A stretch of 63,960 nucleotides of DNA, the filler included, from Octopus bimaculoides (taxonomy: Eukaryota), in the NCBI RefSeq assembly GCF_001194135.2. It is 5 parts of 5 records of this genome, joined end to end, with 100 filler letters (N's around TTAATTAATTAA, not from the genome) between each part and the next. Parts side by side here need not be neighbours in the genome. Positions count along the whole stretch, not along the records: positions 61,901 to 63,960 come from NC_069002.1; 4 more parts are not named here. One strand, 5' to 3'. Both the position numbers and the translations under genes were made by a program. Below are positions 63,703 through 63,960 of the stretch, in pieces. The number at the start of each line of letters is the position of its first letter. The stretch's first letter is position 1. The notes under the pieces were generated by a model. The model worked only from the letters and a program-made list of their open reading frames with translations. It did no database searches and had not been told where the DNA came from.

Positions 63703-63960
63703 TGACATTGATGCCACCATAGAAACCATCAAGCAAAAGGTATGTGCTAAAGCTGCCCGCATAGCAAGGTATGAAAAGCGTGTTAGATTCTTCCGAGATA
63801 ATAACATGTTCAAAAATAACCCCAAAAATTTCTACAGGAAGATAGGGAAAACACCAGTAACAATAAAGTCTGTCCCATCAAAAGAAGAAGAGCAAGAATT
63901 TTGGAATAAAATCTGGGCAGAAGATAAAACACACAATGAAAAGGCCCCTTGGATTGATAG
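63702..63960 (+). mobile_element. Start of 5'-truncated R4/Dong-like element C (continues past window end)
   Basis: Open frame IETIKQKVCAKAARIARYEKRVRFFRDNNMFKNNPKNFYRKIG directly after (AAT)n at 63651-63701. Confidence 0.8.

Overview
AT-rich, microsatellite- and SINE-dense animal genomic DNA from a gappy draft assembly. The repeat families look like octopus/coleoid cephalopod (inference). No prokaryotic features, CRISPR arrays, rRNA or tRNA genes were found. The main host content is the middle of a large minus-strand gene for a divergent inositol 1,4,5-trisphosphate receptor-like (ITPR/RyR superfamily) Ca2+ channel. I reconstructed 15 GT-AG exons by hand (42946 down to 16466, about 640 aa). 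Splice phases match at every junction except one, where an exon is missing and probably lies in an N gap. The rest is transposon debris: a Tigger/pogo element, mariner/Tc1 remnants, a Penelope RT, R4/Dong-like and other RLE LINE fragments, hAT MITEs, a Helentron-type element, three SINE families, long foldback hairpins and a small nad1 NUMT. The most unusual observations are: (1) six tandem copies of the 3' splice site plus start of one ITPR exon, all keeping the AG; (2) several minimal hammerhead-ribozyme motifs, three sense to the ITPR pre-mRNA and each with a core substitution, plus one antisense copy with an intact core; (3) a sharp CpG-decay domain at about 0.5-13 kb; (4) a tandem run of Dong/R4-like retrotransposons separated by (TAA)n. 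Most ORFs in the supplied track are microsatellite or N-gap artefacts.
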